A stretch of DNA of 64,000 nucleotides, from contig CM120641.1 of NCBI GenBank assembly GCA_051362555.1, forward strand, positions 9,982,001 to 10,046,000, given 5' to 3'. Made by a program: the position numbers and the translations under genes. Source of the DNA: Lingula anatina (lineage: Eukaryota; Animalia; Brachiopoda). Numbering within the stretch: position 1 is the stretch's first letter; every line of letters begins with the position of its first letter. Shown here in pieces: positions 39,609 to 51,634 of the stretch. A model generated the notes under the pieces. The model did not search any database. It was not told where the DNA came from and saw only the letters and a program-made list of their open reading frames with translations.

Positions 39609-42426
39609 CAGTGTATGAAATGGCCGCCTGCCCGGCAGCCCGAGGCTGGTAACTTTCAGGCCGGGCGGGTAAGATTTGCAAATTACCCGCCCGACGGGCT
39701 GGCTACTTTTACAGCCTATTTTCACCTTTTATTTTATCTATGTTCACAAGCTATTTCGGCAAAATATCAAATAAACTCACTGTTTTCACCCACTTTCATA
39801 GAAGCAAAGAACTAACCATAGCTTGCAATCGAATGCTCGTATCGAAATGTAACCAACAGTCTCCCTCTCTGTGGCCTCGTTTTCGAAGTTCCGTCTTTGT
39901 GATATGAAGTTGAAAGACAATTTGAAACGAGGCACATTGTTCTTAACCAGCTTCAGTGCATAGCAGATAACGTTACGTCATTGTTTTGTGTAGAGGAGAT
40001 ACCACGAGTAGCAATTTGTAGGTTGAGAGTAATAAAAATGTGAAAGTATAAAAAGTTATGATACTGATTAAATAGACTTATAGGTACATGAAGTGCTTAT
40101 AATCAACAGTAATAAGGGCAACGGAGGCAAATTAAAGGAGAATTTTACAAAATATTTGAATCCCAAAATTATGAGTGAACGTACGAGTTTACGCCGTGCG
40201 TCAGATGTAGTTCTTTTCCCACGTGCTTTCATCTTGGGCTGTCAAAAATGAAAAAATTCTATCAAGTCCGATAGAGAAGTTCACAAAAGAAAAAACAATT
40301 GTGGAAAGAAATAAAAATAACAAAGATTACGACAGAACCAAACGAAAGAGAACAAATTGGGACCCATGGAAAGGTGACTTCGATTTGCAATTAGTCGAGC
40401 AGCAACATTTTTTGTAAAACCGTAACTCGAAAGTATCACGCATTGCGACCGAGCGCAAGCATCTCGATCCAATAACTCGCCCATACTCGCCCCATATAAT
40501 ATATTGTAGCCTCTATGTGATATATATATATATAGCTATTCTCAATAAGCAATGCTTTCGAGATACGGGGCCCTGCAGGACTGTCTATGGGCCATTAGCG
40601 TGCAGGACCGTTCCCGACCGCTTTTTAAAGCTTGAAATCGATATTCAAAGGGACCCTACGTGCTAAATTCTTTCTTCTTTATTGTTAGCACAGAGATCGA
40701 TTTATTTAACAACAATATATATATTTGGTCATACTTGTTGCTATAAAGAAAAGCAAAAATTATGATAAAATGATATCACGAAATCGGAATAAAAGTTATG
40801 AATAAATTATTGAAGAAGAAATGAAACAGCCGACAAGGTGAACATAAACTGAATTGACTACCCCCGCCCTCCCCCGCCCGCTAAAGGACCCTGAAAATTT
40901 TTGGTATTTGAAATGGTGAATGGTGCCATTTGGTATGGTTTAGAACTATGATTCAACTAGTGAAAGTATTATTTCAAGAGGTGAGGTTTTTTTTACAGAA
41001 ATTAAAAGGGGGGCGTCAGGAGCCCCCTGACCCCCTCTAAATCCAACACTGACAAGGTATCATTCAGTAGAAACTCCAACCAATTTCTAAATTTCCATGC
41101 ATAAGGCATGATATTGCCCTTTCATTTCCAAATTACTCTCCCAAGAATGCATTCTATACCCCCTCAGCATACCTCTCTTAACTCTAGGGGTTATCATAAC
41201 TAGGGCAGGTAACTACATGGCCGGGCTGGTAACTTTTCAGAGTTACCTGCCCGGCGGTCTGGCTAGTAATTTCCTTGAATTTCATACACTGTATATAAAC
41301 TACATTTTTTTTGTTAGGTGCAGTGTACATATGCACAGAAGATGTTTTCCCTACAAAAAGGTTGCAACAAATGATTGGTGCATTCTGTAAAACCATGGAT
41401 AAAGAGTTCCAGAAAATACAATTTGGGGACCAAATATTCATTGAGCATATTGCAGAAAAGGTAATATCCCCCCTCACCATTTTATCAAGCAAGAACTTAC
41501 AATCTAGTGACAACATATATGATGAGTGTTATTAACTTCACTCTAACACATAAATGATTAATTAATGTTTTAAAATATTTCAGATGATTATATATTTTCT
41601 TAGATAAATTATTTCTCTAAAATTTAGGAGGACCTCATTACCTGTTTGAAGTATCGTCTACCAAAGTTACTGCAGAAAAATATAGTCAAGTTAGTGGTTA
41701 TTGATTCTGTAGCAGCCCTTTTTAGGAGTGAATACCATCTCAGCGAATCTACTAAAAGGAGCAAACAGCTTAGCTCCTTAGGTGCTATTTTACAGGAACT
41801 GAGCAGTAGCTCCAACTTCCCAGTTGTCTGTATAAATCAGGTAAGATTTTGATCAAAAGAAAATTATTTTATAGTTCTTCACCACACTTCTTATTAATGC
41901 ACTTTAATTTTTTTCAGAGATAAGCTATGATTTATTTTAGACATTTAAACCGATGGCATTGGGATAAAATTGATTATGACATGTTGAAACAATACCTTCC
42001 AGTAGCCTTGGGCATATTTGACATGATGCTCAGAGCCTACCCACCACAACTATATATCAAATAATTTAATATTATTGTAAAATCTTTATCACAAATAAGT
42101 TTTAATAAATTTTTAAAATTAAACTTTAAATTTTGCAGGTCTCTGATGTGATTAACCCGAGTGCAAAAAACCATGGCAAGCAGGTGACACCTTCCCTTGG
42201 ACTGTCCTGGGCAAATCTTGTCACCACTCGGCTCATGTTGACAAGGACAATATACAATGTTACAATTGAGCGGTCAGACACTGCTGGCAAAGTGTTGGAT
42301 AAATATGAATCTGCTGTAAGAAAACTGGAAGTGGTGTTTGCACCACACTTGCCAAAGGACTGTTGCCACTTTGTTATTAGCTGTGATGGAGTTAAAGGCA
42401 TTTTAATACAAGACACTCCTGATTGA
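37497..42426 (+). CDS. XRCC3: DNA repair protein XRCC3 (RAD51 paralog), 7 exons
   Basis: Exons 37497-37563 (LDDLDINPRIIKALKR), 38399-38536 (LSAPDLER), 38862-38951, 39172-39294 (GITEVAGASATGKTQFCIQLCLTVQLP, Walker A), 41318-41460 (GAVYICTEDVFPTKRLQQ), 41628-41840 (LVVIDSVAALFR, Walker B; VVCINQ), 42139-42426 (PSLGLSWANLVTTRLML..VFAPHLP..*). Confidence 0.96.
39529..39607. repeat. (TA)n microsatellite
   Basis: Direct reading. Confidence 0.97.
39609..41291. mobile_element. non-autonomous DNA transposon (hAT-like TIRs) in XRCC3 intron 4, probably with nested insertions
   Basis: 13-bp perfect TIR CAGTGTATGAAAT (39609) / ATTTCATACACTG (41279-41291), TATATAA on both flanks, and GC-rich GGGCNGGTAA/TTACC(C/T)GCCC subterminal modules at both ends. 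No transposase ORF. Confidence 0.8.
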
Positions 42427-42930
42427 AGAGACTGGGTCTCAGTTTTATCACTAAGAACTGGTTTTGATTAAATGTATTTGTTAAGTGTAATTGTGTCATA
42501 TGAATTCTATAACTATGAACATTTTAAAATAAATGGAATATGTTTATATCCTACCAAATATCCCAAGAAGGTTCTATTCTCAGTTTCTTCGCTATTTAAT
42601 ATGCGATGAAAAAAAAACTACCAAACGTAATTTTTGCTTGAGATGCTTTGTTGAAAATGGTAACGTCATTTTTTGGCCTTGAGTGGTGGAAGATAGATAT
42701 TTATTTATTTAGCACTACCAAAAAAAAAATATATATTGGAAAGAGAACGTAATGGCTCTTGCTGTAAGCGGTTAAGTAAGATTGAGTGTGCTCGACGTCG
42801 GAAACGAAGGCGTCCATGACGCTTACAACTTTGACGTCGTATGTTTATGACGTATTGGACACGGCACCGTGACATCGCTATGGGGCCTTTTTTGTAATAA
42901 AAACCAACAGATAAGAAAAAAACATCAAAA

Positions 42931-45320
42931 ATGCAAGACGAAGAAAACTCCTTTGAGTTGCGCACGTATGAACGCATTTCCGAGTATGTGCCAGTTGGTA
43001 AGTCAATTTTCCTAAAACTTTAAAACTTTTCTGTTTGTGTTCCGTCAAAGGGACCGCCTTCCACGTTGTCAACGTTAGTGGGGTAATATAATGCAAACCC
43101 AAATATATATAACCAATGTTTAGTTCCTTGAATAACCCATTCAATCTATTTATTTTTTTTATTTGTTCATTTATCTATGAATCTAATGTAAAAATCATTG
43201 TATCAAAAATTTCTGCTGTTATCGATCGTATAGAAATCTCAAGATGACAATTTAAATGTTTCAGAGGATACTGTAATTCAGAGGAACTTTGAGGAAGATT
43301 GGAAGAACAGCTGTCAAATATACGATGCTTTGAGAAAAGACTCGAAACTATGCGATGCAGTACTCGTTGTTGATCAGCGAGAATTCCCAGTCCACAGAGT
43401 CATCATGGCTGCCTGCAGTCCATATTTCAAAAGATTATTCACTAACCAAATGAACCCATCTTTTGATGGTGATTTTCCGATAGAATACCACATCTGTGAC
43501 AAAATAAGTGCTGGAGTTATGGAAATTATCATCAATAATGCCTACAACAGGAAGATTGATATTAACCCTGAAAATATTGAGTTATTACTATCAGTTGCCG
43601 ACCAGTTCCACATATTTGGTTTATTAAAAGCATGTGTCAATTATTTGGAAGAAAATTTGTCCGTGGAAAATTGCATTGGAATATGGATGCTAGCAAAACA
43701 CCATAACTGCCCCAACCTAGAAAGCACAGTCTTTCGATTTTTGTTAAGACATTTTACACCCGTGTCATTCTATAGCCAAGAATTCGTCCAGTGTTCCGTA
43801 GATGATTTGGTTGGTTTACTAAGTGCCGAGAACTTAAATGTGGCAAATGAAGAAATTGCGTTTGAGGCTGTCATCCGCTGGATTTCACAAGATCCAATTA
43901 ATCGCAGAAAGTCCCTCCCCGTTCTGCTCCCAAATATCCGTCTTGGATTGCTCAGCAGTGACTTTTTCTGTACACAAGTCGTGAATGACGAGTACGTCAA
44001 AGCAGAGCCCCAGTGTGCCGCAATTTTAAATGAAGCACAAAAACTCATCGATGCACTGGACAGTGAGAAATATTCTGATGTAGATTTTACCCACCCCCTC
44101 ACCTGCCCACGAGTCCCAGTTGACGTGTTGTTTGCTATCGGAGGGTGGAACACAAACAGCCCTACAAATCTGATTGAGACCTACGACACACGAGCAGATC
44201 GGTGGATCGAAGTCCTAGCACAGAGCCAAGGTCTTGGTACGTAGTTGGTATACCTAACAGTGAGAGCATTCCTGAGTAAGTCGGTTAGTACTAATCAATA
44301 ACATCATAATCCACAGGTCCCTACACATAATTAATTTTCTCTTTTCGTTTGTCATTTAACTATTTAATTCATCTATTAAGGTCCGACAGCCTATCACGGC
44401 TGTGTAACTTTGGGAGGAAAAATCTTCATCATCGGCGGATTTGATGGAGTCGAATATTACAGTCAGGTGCGGTATTACGACCCAGCAAACAAAAAGTGGT
44501 CAAAGGCCGCTCCTATGCACCACAAAAGGTAGATTGCTATTTATTTTAGATGTGTAGTAAGAAAAACTACGATATTTTCACAATTACGTTTTTATTCCAA
44601 CAGGAAACCAGTCATTTGCTTATCAAAGTGTATACGTAATCATTTGACCAAGTGACGTTATCTGTCGGATGACGTGCAAATATTTTAGTGTGACCCCAAT
44701 GTTTTAGATCGTCTTGGTAATAATGATAAAAGACTAAATTTTACTCATTAACGTAAAAATTACCTTTCAACTTGACCCTATGTTTTTCTTTACGTGGACC
44801 TCTAAGAATCAATTGACCTATTTTAATCCCCTTAAATTCGTACAAGCGATAACTCTTTTTAAGAACACGTAGGACCTACGATGAATAACTTAACAAAGGA
44901 GTTTTTTATTTAATCACAAAAAGAGTAAATTTTCTGTATGAAATCTTCATCATTTTGATTTTAATTTTATACTTTTAAATTCAAGTATATGAAGAACGTA
45001 TGCAATTTTAATTTATAATCATTTTAATTGATTCTCATGTCTTATTCTAATATTCTAATGATGTAAGACTGCAATCTTCAGGTTGCAATTTAAAATTTTT
45101 ATATAAACCAATTATTATTATTATTATAAGGTGCTATGTCAATGTTACTATCCACGATGACAAAATCTACGCCATGGGAGGCTACAACGGGGACACACGT
45201 CTAAGTAGTGCCGAAAGATACACCCCCAGTACAAATCAGTGGACACCAATAGCGCACATGCACACCGCCAGAAGTGACGCAGGCGCTTGTGCATCAAAAG
45301 GTAAAAAAAAAATAAAATAA

Positions 45321-45354
<34 letters not shown>

Positions 45355-46418
45355 CAGCAATTTTTTTAATTAAGAGTCTGTGACAAAATTAATTGCCAAT
45401 TATATTTAGAAAACAAATGTGACATCTGATGTTTTAAACTAGTTTTAAGCCATTTTCTTGTTGAAAATGATACAGTTTAGATATACTAAGCATTTTGTCA
45501 CAAGGATCATTACAACGTGATATACGCAAGGAGCCTCCATATTTTACAGATTTTGTCTTCTGCATCGGTGGTTTTAATGGCTTACACTGCTTGGACACAG
45601 GGGAGTATTATGATCCCCAAACTGAACAGTGGACCTACATAGCATTCATGTCATGCCCCAGAAGTGGAGTTGGTATGTACATGTATGCTGTATCTCTAAA
45701 TATTTATGACTGACGCCTAACACTGGGTGCTGTTAAGAAAAAATGTGTATCAATGGAATCATCTGCAAAACTGGTGCCGAAAATTGATTCTTACCTTTGA
45801 CAAGCGTTTCTAGTAGTTTAATTTTTTTATTTGAATTAAGCTTTACGTATTGCATTAAAGGAATTGATACATTTTTCTTAATTTAATAAGTTTAAAAGTA
45901 AGTTCATTTATTTAATTTTCCATAGGAATTATTATGTATCACGACTACATCTATGCTGTTGGTGGGTTCAATGGCTTGCAGCGACTTAGCACCGTGGAAA
46001 AATACGATCATATCAGAAACACATGGAAACCTGTTCCTGATTTACATGTCCAGAGAAGTAACTTCGCCATAGAGGTACGTTACCGTCAATCAGCTGCTTT
46101 GGTTATAATTTAGTGCCAATTATATTTACCAACTTCCCTGTTTGCTGTGATGGTTATAACATTTTAAATCTGCTATTGAAACCTGGCGTTTTTTAAAATT
46201 TGAGTGTTTTGTTTGTTGACTTTACTCAAATTATAAGTTTTATTTGAAACTAATATCACAAGATTGTTTCCTTGTAAATCAGGTTATAGACGACATGATT
46301 TACGTAATCGGCGGTTATAACGGAGGAGCAACAATAAAGAAGGTTGAGTGTTATGATGACAATTCTGAAGAATGGTACGTCTATAGCAAACGGTTTAATT
46401 GATATATATATATATTTC

Positions 46419-46486
<68 letters not shown>

Positions 46487-46804
46487 GAAATCTGTAAAAA
46501 AAAAAATTAGTTTTTAATCTTTAATCTCGTTTTATTTGTTAAAAAATACCGATTTCGCTAATAAGTTACCAGCTTCAAACACGGTTTACAAATGATCTTA
46601 AAAAAAAAGCGCCATATTGTTTCCCTTTCTTTTTGTATCTTATTTTCATCATCCTTATTGTAATATTAATGAGGCCAGTGACAGTTTTCGTATTATTGCA
46701 GGTACGAAGCTTATGACATGAAATACAACCGGAGCGCGCTCAGTGCGACCGTGGTGCAAGACTTGCCAAATATCAAGGATTATATCGTCAAAAGGAACAA
46801 TTAG
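42931..46804 (+). CDS. KLHL10: Kelch-like protein 10-like (BTB-BACK-Kelch, Cullin-3 adaptor), paralog A
   Basis: Exons 42931-42997, 43265-44236 (LCDAVLVVDQREFPVHRVIMAACSPYF; LFAIGGW..TNLIETYDTRADRW), 44381-44528 (AYHG..IIGGFDGVEYY), 45131-45300 (RCYVNV..IYAMGGYNG), 45550-45672, 45926-46074 (RSNFAIE), 46283-46374, 46702-46804 (RSALSA..LPNIKDY). The motifs are typical of KLHL10; strict orthology needs a tree. Confidence 0.88.
46400..46482. repeat. (TA)n microsatellite
   Basis: Direct reading. Confidence 0.95.
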
Positions 46805-47419
46805 ACCTAAACTTTCCTTGAAATAAATCAGGTTTTATATTAAAAATGATGTTTGACATTAAGTTTATGCAATAAATATCTAGCTAGACATTAACTAAGT
46901 GGATTTCTTTTTTATGTATCTTATATGCATTAATGATATCCCTTTGATTTTGAGTTGAAATCACATATCTTCCTGCGTTTTGAACTTTGTTTCCTGTCAA
47001 TCAATTGGCCAATATTGTTAATTTGTTTTAGAGCCTATTTTACATACAAAGCTGTATGTTATATATAGCATTAATAGCAATTTAACCCTGTCCCCTATTT
47101 CACCCATATGTGACAATTATAAATAGAATAACAATGACAAAATAAGTCGGTTTTGACATGATTCGTTTCCCTAGTGATTAAAACCCTAAAAACAAAATTG
47201 AAAACATGCACGCGTTTAACGTCATTATGAAGGTAAATCAATGGAAACTTTTGGCACTGACTACATGAAACATGTTTCTGCAGGCATTCGTCTTTTGTTC
47301 CCTTGTATGGATTGATGAGGACGAGGCTCCTCAACCCCCCCCCCCCCCACTTTAAATCCGCGTAAGATCATTTAAATAAAAAATTTGTCTGTCAGTGTGT
47401 GATTCAAATATACAACAAA

Positions 47420-47486
47420 GATGACGTCGTGTTGCTGTCATGTACTTCAGTACTGTGACGTCAAATTTGATACACTATGACGTCAC
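47420..47486. promoter_or_regulatory. cluster of CRE (TGACGTCA) elements upstream of KLHL10-like B
   Basis: Perfect palindromic TGACGTCA at 47456-47463 and 47478-47485 and TGACGTCG at 47422-47429, ~110-170 bp upstream of the ATG. Confidence 0.6.
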
Positions 47487-47592
47487 CTCTGCTCCGTGGA
47501 AACTAACTATCAAGGCTATTTCGTATAAAAAATGTTTCGTTAAAAAAAAGAAAATTGAAATTTGCCTGGCATAATTTACGGTTTACTGAGGC

Positions 47593-50500
47593 ATGGGCGA
47601 AGATGACCATTTTGAACACCGCACCTATGCAAAATTATCTGAAAGTAGACCGGTTGGTAAGTAAAAGCATGGTGAATCAGTTTTCGTGTTACGCGATACA
47701 AATTTTAATACGTTTTCGTTGAGAGTTTAAAGATAATCTTATGTATAGTTTTCTATGCTCTCTTTACTAATGATAAAATAGAGGCATGTAATTTCAAGAT
47801 GTTTAATGACAGAAAGGATAAGTTTGTATATATTACCCTGCATCATACATGAATTTCGAAAATTTCTACTAACTAACTAACTAATACGGCAATGCTTGGG
47901 TCTTAGGTGATATTTGGATCCAGCGTAATTATGCAGGCGACTGGAGCAATAGTTGCAAAATATATAACGAACTGAGAAAACATTCAAAATTATGTGACGC
48001 AATACTCATTGTGGATAAAAGAGAATTTCCAGTCCATCGGGTCATCATGGCTGCTTGCAGTACATATTTCAAAGCTTTGTTTACCAATCAGCTGAGTCCA
48101 TATTTCAATAGCTCTGCTCAGATTGAGTATCACATAATCGAAGGAATAGAGCCGGATATCATGGAAATCATCATTAATTATGCCTACACTGAAGAAGCTG
48201 AAATTACCCCTGAAAACATTGAATTATTACTGCCAGTTGCCGACCAGTTCCATGTATTTGGTCTACTTCGTTTATGCGTCAACTTTTTGAGACAAAACTT
48301 ATCAGTTGAGAATTGCATTGGTATTTGGATGCTAGCCAAACATCATTTCTGTACCAGTCTCGAACGCGCAGCATGTCGATTTCTGTTGAAGCATTTCACG
48401 GAGGTGGCCACTTACAGCCAAGAATTTGTTCAACTGTCCGTAGAGGAAGTACTCAGTGTACTCTGCTCAGAGCATCTTAATGCGACAAACGAAGAAACTA
48501 CATTTGAGGCTGCTATCCGTTGGATTTCACACAACCCGGAAAGTCGCAAAAGGCACATACTTGACCTGCTTCGATGTGTCCGACTCGGATGGCTAAATTT
48601 CGAATATTTTGACACCCAAATAAAGGAAAATGAATTCGTCAAAGCAGAACCCAAATGTGCTCCTCTTTTGGCCGAAGCGCAAAAACTACTGGAGACTCTT
48701 GATATTGGGATGTATAGTAACGCCGACTTTACCCACCCCCTCACACGCCCCCGCATCCCAGTGGACGTATTGTTTGTTATCGGAGGATGGACCGAAGGGA
48801 ATGCTTCCAGATTCATCGAAACTTACGACGCAAAAGCTGATCGCTGGATCCCATTATCCACTACATATGAAGACAAAGGTAAACTTGAAAACGCGTGAAT
48901 ACACATCCATTCATGTTTATAAATCGGTACATGAAGCATAGTAAAGAAAAACTTGTAGCTGGTGAGATATAGTAGCGTTGAAATTTGAAGAAATCCTCGG
49001 GTTTATTTTTTATTTTTACTTTTTTGTGTCAGTTGCGACAGCCTATCACGGTTGCGTATCACTGAGAGGTCAAATTTACGTCATTGGAGGATTTGATGGA
49101 GTTGAACATTACAATCAAGTGAGAAGTTTTGATCCAGCACGAAAGAAATGGTCCGTTATAGCTCCTATGCACCATAAAAGGTAATCTACTCCATACACCA
49201 GGCTACAGATACGATATGATAAATATGATAAGAAAGTGCATTACGTTTAAACTAACATCACTCTAGTTGTATTGGCATAGATGGCGATTGGCGTAGATCT
49301 TTAAAAAATTAAAATACATGTAGGCTTTTGGTCGCGTGTTGAATAACTGCCTTTTATGTCTATTTTATCTAGATGCTATGTCAACGTTACTGTGCATAAT
49401 GACAAAATTTATGCCATGGGAGGCTATAATGGGCATGCTCGCCTACCAAGTGCCGAAAGATATAACCCCGACACTAACCAGTGGAGCCAGATTGCGGCAA
49501 TGCATAATGCAAGAAGTGACGCAGCCGCCTGTGCGTTAAGAGGTAAAGTTTATCTTGCATTTCTTATCTCCGTCTTTCTCTCTCGCCTGGTACGCTTGAA
49601 CATAAGAATCTTTCAAGAATAAAGATAGAAAGAGACTCTATAATGTCTAAACACAAGCAATCTAACTACATACTATGCAATAAGACCCACCATTACTTTT
49701 GACGTATTTGTTTCAGAGACTAATTTCCTCCTGAGATTGTATTCGTAAAATAGAATTGTGATTTCCCCCTACAGAACAATTTTGTTCACCATGTAGCTCA
49801 GAATGATGAATTCGCCAATACGACTGTGGATCGATCAATCACCTAGGGGATTCTTTCTAAATTGCAATCAACGAAAGCAGCTTAGATGTCTGTCACGCCT
49901 ACTGAAACTGCTAGGGGGTAATTAACTATCGTTTAGCAGCTTCAGTAGGTGTGTCAGACATCTTAGCCGGTTAAGCTGAAAGCAATTTAGCGAGAAACCC
50001 CTCGGAGATAGGTCGATCCTGTTAGATCGATCTAGGTATGGGAACTCAACCCGGTCTTACTTCTTCTTCAACGGTTAGGATTTATCTGACTTTATTTACA
50101 TTCCAGACTTTGTGTACTGTATTGGCGGCTTCAATGGCTATGATTGCCTGGACACTGGCGAGTATTACAACCCTCAAACTGACCAATGGACATATATAGC
50201 GCCAATGTCAAGTCCAAGAAGTGGCGTTGGTAAGCGGTTGTCTTACACCCCATTTCCATAGATTAGATCGACCTACTTTAGATCGACCTAACTCCCTGGG
50301 GGTTCACGCTAAATAGCTGTCAGCCGGGCGGACACGAAAGTTAATTACCCTCTTACAGTTTGTAGTAGGCGGGACGGACATTTAAGTCGGATTATCTGAA
50401 AGTAATCTAGTGAGACTCCCCGCGGGGATAGATCGATCTAAAATCTATGGGAATAGAGCCTAATTAAATGTTTGAGCTGTTTGCATGTTACTGGATGGGT

Positions 50501-51634
50501 CAATTGTCAAACTCTTCATTTGAATTAATTCAAGCATTCAATTTCTATACCACATAATATGTTTATGTATATTTCTGTTATTATTCTAAAATGTCAAAAA
50601 GGAAATGTGCTTAGGATTAAACTTAATTCAAAATGTATTTTGTAACTATTAAAGATTGAATCAGTTAATTTACTATTGTGAATTACATTTATCGGATATG
50701 ATATTTATATACTCTTGAATATTTTTTCGATCTACACATTCGAATATTCTCAGGGGTTGTCATGTATCACGGCTACATCTATGCAGTTGGCGGGTACAAT
50801 GGCACACAGCGATTGAACACCGTGGAAAAATACGACCAAGTCCGAAATATATGGAAACCTGTCCCCGAACTTCATAGCCAGAGAAGCAACTTTGCCATCG
50901 AGGTGGAGTATAACAGCCAAAACAACTTCTTTTTAGTATTTTCGTTAACAAGAGAGTTGTTGCATCTCATCCGGTGGTCAAACTCTTTTTAACATCCTTC
51001 TCTTAAATGGTTACAACTGTTTAAACTTACAATAAGAAATCTCACTCTATACTTTGTTGTGTAATCAACGCCAACAGTAGATTTTTCCATTTCTTTTTTT
51101 AGCTATATTAAGCTAAAACTGTTAAACACATAACATAGCCACGGTGTTATCAGTCTTTTTCACGATATTTTATTTCTATATAGAATTCCCACTTTAATGT
51201 ATTTATCTTACCAAATTTGACTGTAATCAGCTTAATGATCTTCAACTATAGGTCACAGACGACAAGATTTTCGTCATTGGGGGTTTTAATGGCGTTACAA
51301 CAATCAAGGATGTAGAATGTTTCGATGGAAAGAGGGAAGAATGGTAAGATTTTCTTATGAAACTGCTTGGAAATAACAGAACACATTTGTTTTTTTTTCA
51401 CGAAGACCCGATCGGCTTTCCGTGCACGTTGAATTATTCTTAATTTCCATGTAACATAACATTTACAAACAATTTGGAACTTTGTCTCATGATGATTGAT
51501 GTCTCATGATATCTGTCTAATTTTGTTTTAGGTACGATGTTTGCGACATGAACCTCAACCGAAGTGCGCTTGGCGCGGCCGTGGTTAAAGACTTGCCGAA
51601 CGTCAAGGATTACATTATAAAAAGAACAAAATAA
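47593..51634 (+). CDS. KLHL10: Kelch-like protein 10-like (BTB-BACK-Kelch), paralog B
   Basis: Exons 47593-47656, 47907-48878, 49033-49180, 49373-49542, 50107-50229, 50754-50902, 51252-51343, 51532-51634 (TAA). Same intron positions and phases as paralog A, and the frame is open throughout. Confidence 0.88.
49828..50052. mobile_element. fold-back MITE (TAGATCGATCTA family), copy 2, almost fully palindromic
   Basis: GGATCGATCAATC..AGATGTCTGTCACGCCTACTGAAACTGCTA mirrors TAGCAGCTTCAGTAGGTGTGTCAGACATCT..GATAGGTCGATCC; homologous to copy 1. Confidence 0.8.
50246..50460. mobile_element. fold-back MITE (TAGATCGATCTA family), copy 3
   Basis: The interior is the reverse complement of copy 1 (e.g. 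CTCCCTGGGGGTTCACGCTAAAT vs ATTTAGCGTGAACCCCCAGGGAG); ends TTCCATAGATT / AATCTATGGGAA. Confidence 0.85.

Noticed and set aside
43770-48816. Antisense ORFs of 127-128 aa within both KLHL10-like large exons
   Set aside because: They mirror the sense reading frame of paralogous exons, a common by-product of coding constraint.
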